Source of the DNA: Bosea sp. (in: a-proteobacteria)
Lineage (GTDB): Bacteria > Pseudomonadota > Alphaproteobacteria > Rhizobiales > Beijerinckiaceae
Assembly: GCF_030695125.1 (NCBI RefSeq)
Contig: NZ_JAUYTP010000039.1
Span: 259-64,258, forward strand
DNA: 64,000 nucleotides
Direction: 5' to 3'
A model generated the notes under the pieces. The model worked only from the letters and a program-made list of their open reading frames with translations. It had not been told where the DNA came from and made no database searches. Below are positions 8,144 through 15,937 of this stretch, piece by piece; position 1 is the stretch's first letter; every line of letters begins with the position of its first letter. The translations under genes were made by a program, and so were the position numbers.

Positions 8144-8427
8144 GATGCCAGCATCCTTTCCGAGGCCTTCATCGCCTCGATCTCGGCCTGCGCCTCGCCA
8201 AGCTGGCGCAGGACGTCAAGCGTCAGCGCCGCCTCTTCTTCATTGATCCGGCTCATGGCAAAGCCGACATGGATCAGGGACCAGGTGCCGATCAGCGCTT
8301 CGATCGGCTCGTCTTTCAAGATGCAAGCGACGTTGACCTGACGGCGGACGCCCATCACCTCGACTGTGGCTAGCTTTCGGCGGGCATCCGTGATTTCTAC
8401 GATCCGGCCCGGGATTCCAAGGCACAT
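8140..8427 (-). CDS. hypC: HypC/HupF-type chaperone
   Basis: 95 aa beginning MCLGIPGRIVEI, with the essential Cys2. Confidence 0.9.
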   Translation of the reverse strand: MCLGIPGRIVEITDARRKLATVEVMGVRRQVNVACILKDEPIEALIGTWSLIHVGFAMSRINEEEAALTLDVLRQLGEAQAEIEAMKASERMLAS

Positions 8428-10766
8428 GGGGTGTCCTCCGTTTGGCTGACGGCCAGGGCCACAACGGCCTGGCCAACTGCTAGTCCCCCGTCGTTCGCGG
8501 GGGTTCGGGCGTGGCTGAGAACCGTCAGCCCGCGGGCTTCGAGTCCGTGATGGACCAGCGCGAACAATGTCGCGTTCTGGAACACGCCGCCCGACAGGGC
8601 GACGGTGTCGATGGCGGTATCTTCGGTGATGCGCTCGGCCATCCGCACGACGGCCTGCGCCAGCCCGCGGTGAAAGCGGGCCGCTATGACACCGATCGGG
8701 GTGGCTAGGATCAGATCGCCGAGCATTGCCCGCCAGACCGCCAGCGGCTCAATATAGGGAATGCCCTTGCCCCCCGTCAGCGGAATGCTGAACGGATAGG
8801 CCATGTCGTCAGGCTCTGCCATCGCGGCGGCGTCGATCGCGGCCTCGAAGCGCATGGCGGCCTCGCCCTCGTAATCCTGCGCCTCCCAGGCCAGGCCCGC
8901 GATGGCGGCGGCCGCATCGAAGAGTCGCCCGCAGGAGGTCGACACCGGCGCATTCGTGCCACGCGCGATCATCGCATCCAGAGTCGCGCGCGGCGCCGCG
9001 GAAAGCCTGCGGAAGATCTCGAGCCCGTCGAAATTCATCGCGAATTCGGCCCAGCCCATTTCCGCCATCAGATGCGCATAGGCGTTGCGCCAGGGCTCAC
9101 GGATCGCTGCTGCCCCGCCGGGCAGTGCCACCGGCTTGCACGATCCGACCCGCGCATAGCGCCGATAATCGCAGACCAGAAACTCGCCGCCCCAGAGCGT
9201 GCCGTTATCGCCAAGGCCGCTGCCGTCAAGAGCGATGCCAAGGACCGGGCGCGCATCCAACGGGCGGCCGTTCTCGGCGAGACAGGCGGCGACATGGGCG
9301 TGATGGTGCTGCACCGCGATCACCGGACGACCGCCGGCCAGCGCCCGCCCGGCCTGGGTGGACAGGTATTGCGGATGCAGGTCGACCGCGATCACGCTCG
9401 GCGCATGGTCGAACAGCCGGGTGTAGAGTGCCAGGTTCCGCGCGGCGTCGGCATGGGTGGCGGCATCCTCGAGATCACCCATGTGCTGCGATAGGATCGC
9501 TTGGCCGTCCTTGACGAGGCAGAAGGTGTTCTTCAGCTCTCCGCCCATCGCCAGCACCTGCGCCGCGCGCGAAAAGCCGGGCGGCAGTGGCAGGCCAGTC
9601 GGAGCAAAGCCGCGTGCCCGGCGCAGCACGCGCATCCGGCCAAGGTCCACCCGCACCACAGAATCGTCGATGCGGTTGGCGATCTCGCGGTCGTGCAGGC
9701 AGGCAAAGTCGGCAATGGCGGACAGCCGGTCGCGGGTTTCCTGATTGCCAATACATTGAGGCTGGCCTGAAGGATTGCCGCTGGTCATCACCACGGGGCG
9801 GCCGATGCGGCGCAGGATCAGGTGATAGAACGGCGTGTAAGGCAGCATCACCCCAAGCCGGTCCAGCCCCGGCGCGATGGCCCCGGGCAGGGCGTTCGGC
9901 AACGATTTGAGGAGCACGATCGGCGCTTCGGGGCCGGACAGGGCTGCGGCCTCGGCCTCGGAAACCTGGCAGAATTCGCGAACCACGCCCAGGTCGCGGG
10001 CCATCAGCGCAAAGGCCTTGCCATTGCGCCCCTTGCGGCGGCGCAGTTCGGCGACGGCGGCGGCATTGGTTGCATCGCAAGCCAGGTGTACGCCGCCCAG
10101 GCCGCGGATCGCGACGATATGGCCGTTCAGGATCATGCCGCCAGTGGCGTCGATGTCATCGAGCATCGAAAAGGCTTCGTGGTTGACCGCGCCGGGGCCC
10201 AGCTTCTCGATCCAGATCTGCGGGCCGCAGCGGCCGCAGGCGACCGGCTGGGCATGAAAACGCCGGTCGGTGGGGTCGGCATATTCTCCCGCGCAGATCT
10301 CGCACAGGTCAAACGGGGCCATCGTCGTCCGGGCTCGGTCATAGGGCGCCCCGGTCACGATGGAAAAGCGAGGGCCGCAATTGGTGCAATTGGTGAAGGG
10401 ATAGCGGTAGCGGTGCTGGAACGGATCGCGGATCTCCGCCAGACAATCGGGGCAGGTCGCGGCATCGGGCGTCACCGAGCCGCGCATCGTACCGAGCGCC
10501 TCCGAAGCGACGATGGCAAAACCCAAAGGCGGCGCATCGTCCAGGGGCTCGACGCGCAGCTCCTCGATCCGGGCCAGCGCCGGTAGGGCGGCGTGCAGCC
10601 GGCCCGGAAAGCTGTCCAGCCCCTCGCCCCAGAGCCGGATCACCACGCCCTCGGCGGTGTTCTTCACGTCACCCGCCAGCCCCATCTCGCGCGCCAGCCG
10701 CCAGACCGTGGGCCGGAAGCCCACGCCCTGGACCTGCCCGCGCACGGTCAGGCGCGCGCCGGTCAT
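8397..10766 (-). CDS. hypF: HypF carbamoyltransferase
   Basis: The ATG at 10766 overlaps the stop of the upstream NHL gene (ATGA). It has an acylphosphatase domain (VRGQVQGVGFRPTVWRLA), two CxxC-x18-CxxC zinc fingers, and YrdC- and Kae1-like domains. Confidence 0.95.
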   Translation of the reverse strand: MTGARLTVRGQVQGVGFRPTVWRLAREMGLAGDVKNTAEGVVIRLWGEGLDSFPGRLHAALPALARIEELRVEPLDDAPPLGFAIVASEALGTMRGSVTPDAATCPDCLAEIRDPFQHRYRYPFTNCTNCGPRFSIVTGAPYDRARTTMAPFDLCEICAGEYADPTDRRFHAQPVACGRCGPQIWIEKLGPGAVNHEAFSMLDDIDATGGMILNGHIVAIRGLGGVHLACDATNAAAVAELRRRKGRNGKAFALMARDLGVVREFCQVSEAEAAALSGPEAPIVLLKSLPNALPGAIAPGLDRLGVMLPYTPFYHLILRRIGRPVVMTSGNPSGQPQCIGNQETRDRLSAIADFACLHDREIANRIDDSVVRVDLGRMRVLRRARGFAPTGLPLPPGFSRAAQVLAMGGELKNTFCLVKDGQAILSQHMGDLEDAATHADAARNLALYTRLFDHAPSVIAVDLHPQYLSTQAGRALAGGRPVIAVQHHHAHVAACLAENGRPLDARPVLGIALDGSGLGDNGTLWGGEFLVCDYRRYARVGSCKPVALPGGAAAIREPWRNAYAHLMAEMGWAEFAMNFDGLEIFRRLSAAPRATLDAMIARGTNAPVSTSCGRLFDAAAAIAGLAWEAQDYEGEAAMRFEAAIDAAAMAEPDDMAYPFSIPLTGGKGIPYIEPLAVWRAMLGDLILATPIGVIAARFHRGLAQAVVRMAERITEDTAIDTVALSGGVFQNATLFALVHHGLEARGLTVLSHARTPANDGGLAVGQAVVALAVSQTEDTPCALESRAGS

Positions 10767-11941
10767 GGCGCGGATTCCCATATCAGCACGCGGTTGTTGC
10801 CGCTGTCGGCCACGGCGACCGTGCTGCCACGCACCGACAGGCCGTAGGGCCAGCACAGGCTGTCGCGCATGGCCAATCCCCAGCGGTTGTCGCCCTTCGA
10901 GGCGAAATCAGGCTGGCCGGTCAACCAATCGGCCTCGGCCGCAAAGCCGACCCCGGCAAAGCCCAGCAGCCGCGAATTGGCTGTATCCCCGACAATCAGC
11001 CGGTCGCCCAGCACCCCGAGCGCATAGGGCATGTTGACCGCTAGCGACGACGGGTAATAGGCGCCCCGGTTCAGGTCGCAATCAGTCATCCTGGCCTGGC
11101 CTACGAGGGAATCGGCAGGCTGACCATTGGCTTGGGGAAAGCTGGACCAGACCATGACGCGATTATTGCCCGCATCCGCGACCGCCAGGCCGCCGCGCCA
11201 GCCGGTGGCCATATGGGGCCAACGCATGGAACGCGCCGAGACTGGCCCGCCCGCATTCTCGTCGCGGCAGGTGAAACAGTCCTGACCCAGCGCCAGATCG
11301 GCGGGCTGTCCGGTTTCGACCGGATCGTTCCAGACCAGCAGGCGGCGGTTGCCGGTGTCGCAGACGACTAGCCTGCCGTCGATCTCGGACAGGCCATAGG
11401 GCCAGTGAAGCGTCTGAGGCCCCGGCGCATCCGCGCCGCGATTGGCCAGCGCCGACCCCGCATCGGCCTGACCAAGCACGATGTCGGCCGGGCTTTCCGG
11501 GCCCTCGGGCAGGCGGTGCCAGATCAGCACCCGGTGGTTCCAGGCATCCGCCACCGCCAGGCCGCCGCGAAAGGCGGTGATGCCGGTCGGCACGTTCAGC
11601 GTGGCGGCGGTCACCGGCCCCTTGGCATTGCGCCCCTCGCGGCCAAAGGCGGGCTGGCCGAACAGGATATCGGCCGGCTGGTCGTCGCGGTCCGGCAGCT
11701 TGCGCCAGCCCAGCAGCCGATGGTGCCCGGTATCGGCGACCCAGAACGAGCCGTCGGGATGCAGGCAGACGCCACGCGGCCCGAACAGGCGATGCGCAGC
11801 CGGGGTAATCGGGTCGGCCAGCAGCCCGCCATCCGATCCCAAGATCACCTGCGCGCCCGACGGGTCGAGAAGCGGAGGGCCTTTTGTCACCGTGCCCTCG
11901 GCCTTGATCGGCGCAAACGAGGGCGCGAGCGAAACCTTCAT
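10763..11941 (-). CDS. NHL-repeat beta-propeller protein
   Basis: About 6 repeats of the form D..N+R+L+W.......PAD..LGQ, for example NHRVLIWHRLPEGPESPADIVLGQ, GNRRLLVWNDPVETGQPADLALGQ and GNNRVMVWSSFPQANGQPADSLVGQ. Start MKVSL at 11941 overlaps the upstream stop (ATGA). Confidence 0.8.
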   Translation of the reverse strand: MKVSLAPSFAPIKAEGTVTKGPPLLDPSGAQVILGSDGGLLADPITPAAHRLFGPRGVCLHPDGSFWVADTGHHRLLGWRKLPDRDDQPADILFGQPAFGREGRNAKGPVTAATLNVPTGITAFRGGLAVADAWNHRVLIWHRLPEGPESPADIVLGQADAGSALANRGADAPGPQTLHWPYGLSEIDGRLVVCDTGNRRLLVWNDPVETGQPADLALGQDCFTCRDENAGGPVSARSMRWPHMATGWRGGLAVADAGNNRVMVWSSFPQANGQPADSLVGQARMTDCDLNRGAYYPSSLAVNMPYALGVLGDRLIVGDTANSRLLGFAGVGFAAEADWLTGQPDFASKGDNRWGLAMRDSLCWPYGLSVRGSTVAVADSGNNRVLIWESAP

Positions 11942-12810
11942 GGCACGATCCTGACCTGGATGTGCGAGCCGATGACCCGCACCGCATGGGCGTGCAACTG
12001 CACCTCGGGCGCGGTCAGGCACTCGCCACTTTCCAGCGCATAGCGGAAACCATGCCAAGGGCAGGTCAGGATGCCCGCCTCGACGGCACCCTCGGTCATC
12101 TCGAGCCCCATGTGCGCGCAGGCGTTGCGAAAACAGGTCACCAGATCGCCCTGCCGCGCAAAGATCACCGATTCGCCGCCGACGGTCTCGAACAGCGTTG
12201 TACCATCCGGCAGCTTCGCCAGATTGAGCGCGTTGATCCAGCTGCCCCCCAGCGTCTCGGCAAAGGGCGAGGTGAAATGCACCGTGTCGGCACCACCGCC
12301 GCCCAACCCCTTGACCTGGCGCACTTCGGTGATCTCGGGCACATGATCCTCGATCGCCTTCTTGACGCCGGCATAGAACGTGAGTTGCGAGGCCGGGCAG
12401 CCGTCGCAGGCACCCAGAAAGCGGATCTCGGCGCGGTTGCCCTCGACCGAGGCGACCTCGGCATTGCCGCCGTGGCTGGCCAGCATCGGGCGCACCGTTT
12501 CCAGCGCGGCCTCGACCCGTTCATGCAGCGACGGCTTTAGGATACCGTGCCGGCGCAGGACGGCATAGACGACTTCGTCGCGCGCCGCATCGACCAGCGC
12601 CTTGCCAAAGCCGTCGTGGGACTTCAGCGTGCTGATCATTCGCCGGAACGCTTCGGCGTTCAGCGCGTCGATTGCTGCAGCCTGCGCCGTGGCCCCAATC
12701 CGCGCCGCATCGTCCCAGCCCTCGGCCAGCGCCTTGAGCGCATTGAGATCGCCCAAGAGCCGGTCGAGGCCGGGTCGATCACTGTGCTCGGGGGCGCCGC
12801 TGTCAGGCAT
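11938..12810 (-). CDS. NifU(Nfu)-domain / Rieske [2Fe-2S] fusion protein (HucE/HhyE-like)
   Basis: The Nfu-type motif is FLGACDGCPASQLT. The Rieske motifs are CAHMG and CPWHGFRY. From memory, this architecture matches the putative Fe-S proteins required for mycobacterial Huc/Hhy activity. Confidence 0.8.
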   Translation of the reverse strand: MPDSGAPEHSDRPGLDRLLGDLNALKALAEGWDDAARIGATAQAAAIDALNAEAFRRMISTLKSHDGFGKALVDAARDEVVYAVLRRHGILKPSLHERVEAALETVRPMLASHGGNAEVASVEGNRAEIRFLGACDGCPASQLTFYAGVKKAIEDHVPEITEVRQVKGLGGGGADTVHFTSPFAETLGGSWINALNLAKLPDGTTLFETVGGESVIFARQGDLVTCFRNACAHMGLEMTEGAVEAGILTCPWHGFRYALESGECLTAPEVQLHAHAVRVIGSHIQVRIVP

Positions 12811-12814
12811 CAGA

Positions 12815-13036
12815 TCACGCGTACTTCACGTTCTTGAGGAGGAAAGGCTGGATCAGTCCGGTCACGCCTCCCGCAGCAAGTGCCGCCGCCCAGATGGGGG
12901 CGATTTGACCGACCCCGACGCCGACAACGATTCCCGCAAGGGAACCGAGAGTAAACTGGAGGATCACCTGTCCATTGTTCTTGAACAATTTCCCGGTGAA
13001 GAAGAGCTTCGCAGAATTCATAGCCATGGCGAACAT
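12815..13036 (-). CDS. Small hydrophobic protein (73 aa)
   Basis: SD GAGGGAGGA precedes the ATG. It has a Gly/Ala/Val-rich TM segment (LAGIVVGVGVGQIAPIWAAALAAGGVTGLI) and sits in an operon-like position. Confidence 0.5.
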   Translation of the reverse strand: MFAMAMNSAKLFFTGKLFKNNGQVILQFTLGSLAGIVVGVGVGQIAPIWAAALAAGGVTGLIQPFLLKNVKYA

Positions 13037-13049
13037 GTGCGGTCCTCCC

Positions 13050-13235
13050 TCAGGTCAGCGACAAAACGACGACGGTCGCGACGACGGCCGCCCCACCGGC
13101 GATTGCACCGTAAAGGCCGCCCATATAGGCGGCGAGTTCGGTTCCAAGTGCTGACTTTCCGACCGCGACACCGCCCACGGCTCCAGTAAGCAGCGCAGCG
13201 AGGCATCCTGTGGCCAATGCAGCAAATATGATCAA
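13050..13235 (-). CDS. Small glycine-zipper membrane protein (61 aa)
   Basis: TTG start behind SD GAAGGAG. The sequence MIIFAALATGCLAALLTGAVGGVAVGK...GGLYGAIAGGAAVVATVVVL has two GxxxG-rich TMs. Confidence 0.5.
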   Translation of the reverse strand: MIIFAALATGCLAALLTGAVGGVAVGKSALGTELAAYMGGLYGAIAGGAAVVATVVVLSLT

Positions 13236-13270
13236 GCGATGGTCTCCTTCTTCGAGTTTGTTCGGTGTGG

Positions 13271-14272
13271 TCAGTGCATGGCGTTGGGCGCAAACGCACC
13301 GTGGGGAGCGAGGTGCGACGAAAGTTCGGCAATCGCCTCGGCGACCGCCTGCGCCTTGTCCTCGACCCCGCGGGCGGCAAATATGCCCTTGGCCTCGCGC
13401 AGCAGGGCCACCGCCGCCGCAACGTTGCGCGGGTTTCCCGCCTCGGGGTTCGCCGGATCGTCGGGCAGGTTCGCCATGCAGTTCGCCTTGTTGGCGATGG
13501 TGTTGGCATAGGCCTCGGGCATGTCGCGAAAAGTGCGAACCTTCAGCGCCTCGTCATAGGCATCGAGCGCGCGAAAGCCGTTCTCGACCCGGTGCGCCGA
13601 AGACACATATTGCAGCGCATTGCCGAGGTTGTTCTGGAGCATCGCATACTCGACCGGCTGGTCGATCAATGTAACGACACGCAGCGCTTCCTCGAATGCC
13701 TGAACAGCCAACGCCTCGCGCAATTTGCCCGACTCGTCGGTAAACGGCATCGACAGGAAGGCCGTGGCCAGATTGTTCTGCAGGATAGCGAATTCCTTGG
13801 GAAAGGCGGTCCGGTCAAAGGTACGCAGGGCACGCTGATAGGCGCTAATCGCAGGCTGGATCGGGGCAAGTCCCATCCCCGCCATCGTCTGGCAGATCAG
13901 CCCGAGGTTCATTTCGGCCTCGGCGATCTCGGCATCCGAGCCCTCTGCCGTCAGAGTTGCAATGGCGGTCGTCATCTCCAACCGCGCCGCCTTGATCGCC
14001 TCTGCGTCGCTGCCAGGCACTGCCATCAGCGCGGTCGAAAGCCGCGCACGAATGCGCGCGGCACCCAGAGCTTCGTTTGGCGGCACCAGAGCGATCGCCC
14101 GGCGATAAAGATCGACGGCCGCGCGCAGATCCTCAGGGTCGCGCGGGGCCTGTTGCAGGCCCATCGCAATTTCCATCAGCATCTGTGCCTTGTCGGAGTC
14201 AGATGCGTCTGCGTCCTCGACCGCCGCAAGCGCCGCGTCGACCTGTTGCTTCGTGCGGCTTGATGCGCCCAA
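13271..14272 (-). CDS. TPR-like all-helical protein (333 aa)
   Basis: TTG start behind SD AGGGAGGA. It has repeated helical-pair motifs (A..LY+RAI.L, LQNNLATAF, LQNNLGNAL, AYANTIANKANCM) and sits inside the hydrogenase accessory operon. Confidence 0.6.
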   Translation of the reverse strand: MGASSRTKQQVDAALAAVEDADASDSDKAQMLMEIAMGLQQAPRDPEDLRAAVDLYRRAIALVPPNEALGAARIRARLSTALMAVPGSDAEAIKAARLEMTTAIATLTAEGSDAEIAEAEMNLGLICQTMAGMGLAPIQPAISAYQRALRTFDRTAFPKEFAILQNNLATAFLSMPFTDESGKLREALAVQAFEEALRVVTLIDQPVEYAMLQNNLGNALQYVSSAHRVENGFRALDAYDEALKVRTFRDMPEAYANTIANKANCMANLPDDPANPEAGNPRNVAAAVALLREAKGIFAARGVEDKAQAVAEAIAELSSHLAPHGAFAPNAMH

Positions 14273-14354
14273 CGAGTCCTCCCTGCGCGACTCTGACGGT
14301 CGCGTTATCCCTGATCACCCTAGAGCATCAACGCTCGACCGTCTACTTTCTTTC

Positions 14355-14681
14355 TTACTTGTAAACTAACTTTGCTAAGTCGCCGGGGATCGGAGCGCAG
14401 AGGGCGCACATCTCAGAATTCCAATGTACCGGTAAGTCGGACACCGCCATGGCGAGCAGCCCATGGGCCTGAAATACGTCGCGCGCCTGCGCGACGCGGT
14501 CGCCGGCGGCGTTGCGCTGTTTAAGCAAGCAGCCTCCGGCCGTCGCATGATGCACCGGCAGAACCATCAGCGTCTGGTCCCGGATCAGGACCACAACCGC
14601 CGCGACACCCTGCAGATAGGTCTCGACAACCGGCGCCGGCAGATAGACAGACCCGTCACGGACGGCGATGCCACTGCTCAT
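14355..14681 (-). CDS. Hypothetical protein (108 aa) of the hydrogenase accessory operon
   Basis: The ATG at 14681 overlaps the protease stop (ATGA). I recognise no motifs. Confidence 0.55.
   Translation of the reverse strand: MSSGIAVRDGSVYLPAPVVETYLQGVAAVVVLIRDQTLMVLPVHHATAGGCLLKQRNAAGDRVAQARDVFQAHGLLAMAVSDLPVHWNSEMCALCAPIPGDLAKLVYK
14361..14375. promoter_or_regulatory. 15-bp dyad gtaaactaactttgc (copy 2 of a recurring motif)
   Basis: An inverted repeat, GTAAAC-TAA-CTTTGC, in an AT-rich patch. It overlaps the last codons of ORF 14355-14681 and lies about 90 nt upstream of the TPR-like gene. Confidence 0.35.
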
Positions 14682-15163
14682 GTCGAAGCCCAGTGTCGCA
14701 ACAGGGTGGTCACCTTGTTTGCGACAAGCTCGACTGCCGTGGAGACTGTAGGGCTGAGAGACAAGCCAAGCGCGAGTGTCTCTGCCTCGATCAGGAAGAC
14801 CGTTACGTGCGCGGGAAACGCATCGCCATAGATGCGCTGCCCGGCATAGATCGCGTTGTCCCAGCGAAATTCGTGCAGGCCTGCTCCGCGCGCCGATGGT
14901 GCTGCAAGAACTTCGCCCGGTACTTCGTAGACCGAACCTGGTGTTCCCATGGGAACCCGAGCGTCCACAATCAGCAGATGGGTGGCGCCCCGCGCTTTGT
15001 AAATTACGGCCATACCGTCGGTGCCAACGTCAAACAGGCGAACAGACGCTGGCAACTGGCGGTTGCGAAGCAACTCGATCACCGCGGGGCCCGCCCCATC
15101 ATCGCTGCGGTTCGGATTTCCGCAGCCCAGGACGACGATTTGCTGTCCGATCAAATCCGCCAT
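14678..15163 (-). CDS. Hydrogenase maturation endopeptidase (HupD/HyaD/HupW family)
   Basis: IVVLGCGNPNRSDDGAG and HLLIVDA resemble the conserved GxGN..xDDG and D motifs. The large subunit has a 16-aa tail after the terminal His that would need cleavage. The start is ambiguous (15163 or 15178). Confidence 0.85.
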   Translation of the reverse strand: MADLIGQQIVVLGCGNPNRSDDGAGPAVIELLRNRQLPASVRLFDVGTDGMAVIYKARGATHLLIVDARVPMGTPGSVYEVPGEVLAAPSARGAGLHEFRWDNAIYAGQRIYGDAFPAHVTVFLIEAETLALGLSLSPTVSTAVELVANKVTTLLRHWAST

Positions 15164-15465
15164 AACCTGCAGGACCATGCGGGCTCGACCGGAAGCATCA
15201 GTTCGGGAAGATCGCAGCATCTGGCGTGGACTTTGTAATACATGCAGGTCTCGCAGGGTTGCGGCATGCCCTCAGCTTCAATCGTGTGGTCGGTAAAGCC
15301 TGCAATGATCAGCTTCTTGTCGAGGTCGTCGCCGGCTTCGAGCTGAAGCCGGTTGACGATGGCATTGACCTCTTCGCTTGTTTCGGCCCGTGGCCAGACT
15401 TCGGTCTGCAGCCCCGCCGAGAGGCGGTCGGCGATTGAGCGACGCAAGGCATCCATGTCCATCAT
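15151..15465 (-). CDS. HiPIP-like four-Cys protein, paralogue B (104 aa)
   Basis: The C-terminus is CETCMYYKVHARCCDLPELMLPVEPAWSCRLWRI. There is no signal peptide. SD GAAGGT. Confidence 0.65.
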   Translation of the reverse strand: MMDMDALRRSIADRLSAGLQTEVWPRAETSEEVNAIVNRLQLEAGDDLDKKLIIAGFTDHTIEAEGMPQPCETCMYYKVHARCCDLPELMLPVEPAWSCRLWRI

Positions 15466-15475
15466 GCGTGGACCT

Positions 15476-15862
15476 TCATATGCGCCAGAGCCTGCACCAC
15501 CAGTCCGGCTTGGCAGGCAAGTTGAGTTCAGGCAGATCGCACCAGCGCCGGTGCACTAGATAGTACATGCACTCCTGACAGCGCATCCGGTCCGGTCCGT
15601 AAGGCTCCAGAAGCCAGCCCGAGATCACCAGTTTCTGGCGCAGATCGTCCGCGCTCAGCGGCCGCAGGATGTCCAGTAGTTTCCCGAACTCGCGGTCGGT
15701 TTCAGGGAACGGGCTGACCTCGGTCACAAGCCCATCCTCGAATATATCCTCGATCATGCGAAGCAACATATCATGGTCCGCATCAGCCGGAGAAAGGCCG
15801 TAGCGGTCCGTGAAGTATTTCGTATCCCGTGCCGTGGCGACGGCATCTTTGTTTTCGCTCAT
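15476..15862 (-). CDS. HiPIP-like four-Cys protein, paralogue A (128 aa)
   Basis: The C-terminus CQECMYYLVHRRWCDLPELNLPAKPDWWCRLWRI has spacing C-x2-C-x9-C-x14-C with an aromatic residue before the last Cys. There is no signal peptide. SD GGGGAGG. Confidence 0.65.
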   Translation of the reverse strand: MSENKDAVATARDTKYFTDRYGLSPADADHDMLLRMIEDIFEDGLVTEVSPFPETDREFGKLLDILRPLSADDLRQKLVISGWLLEPYGPDRMRCQECMYYLVHRRWCDLPELNLPAKPDWWCRLWRI

Positions 15863-15890
15863 GACGGCCTCCCCACCGGTGTGCGTTTCT

Positions 15891-15928
15891 CCCGAAGCAA
15901 TTCCGCTGTAAGGCGAGATTGCTTCGGG
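15891..15928 (-). promoter_or_regulatory. Intercistronic stem-loop after hupL
   Basis: cccgaagcaat (15891-15901) pairs with attgcttcggg (15918-15928): an 11-bp stem and 16-nt loop with no U-tract. It may be an mRNA-stabilising or partial-termination element. Confidence 0.35.
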
Positions 15929-15937
15929 GTAGATGGG

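Noticed and set aside
14273-14354. A second sigma-54 promoter downstream of the 14361 dyad
   Set aside because: I found no GG-N10-GC element with flanking TGGC/TGC context on the minus strand in this spacer.
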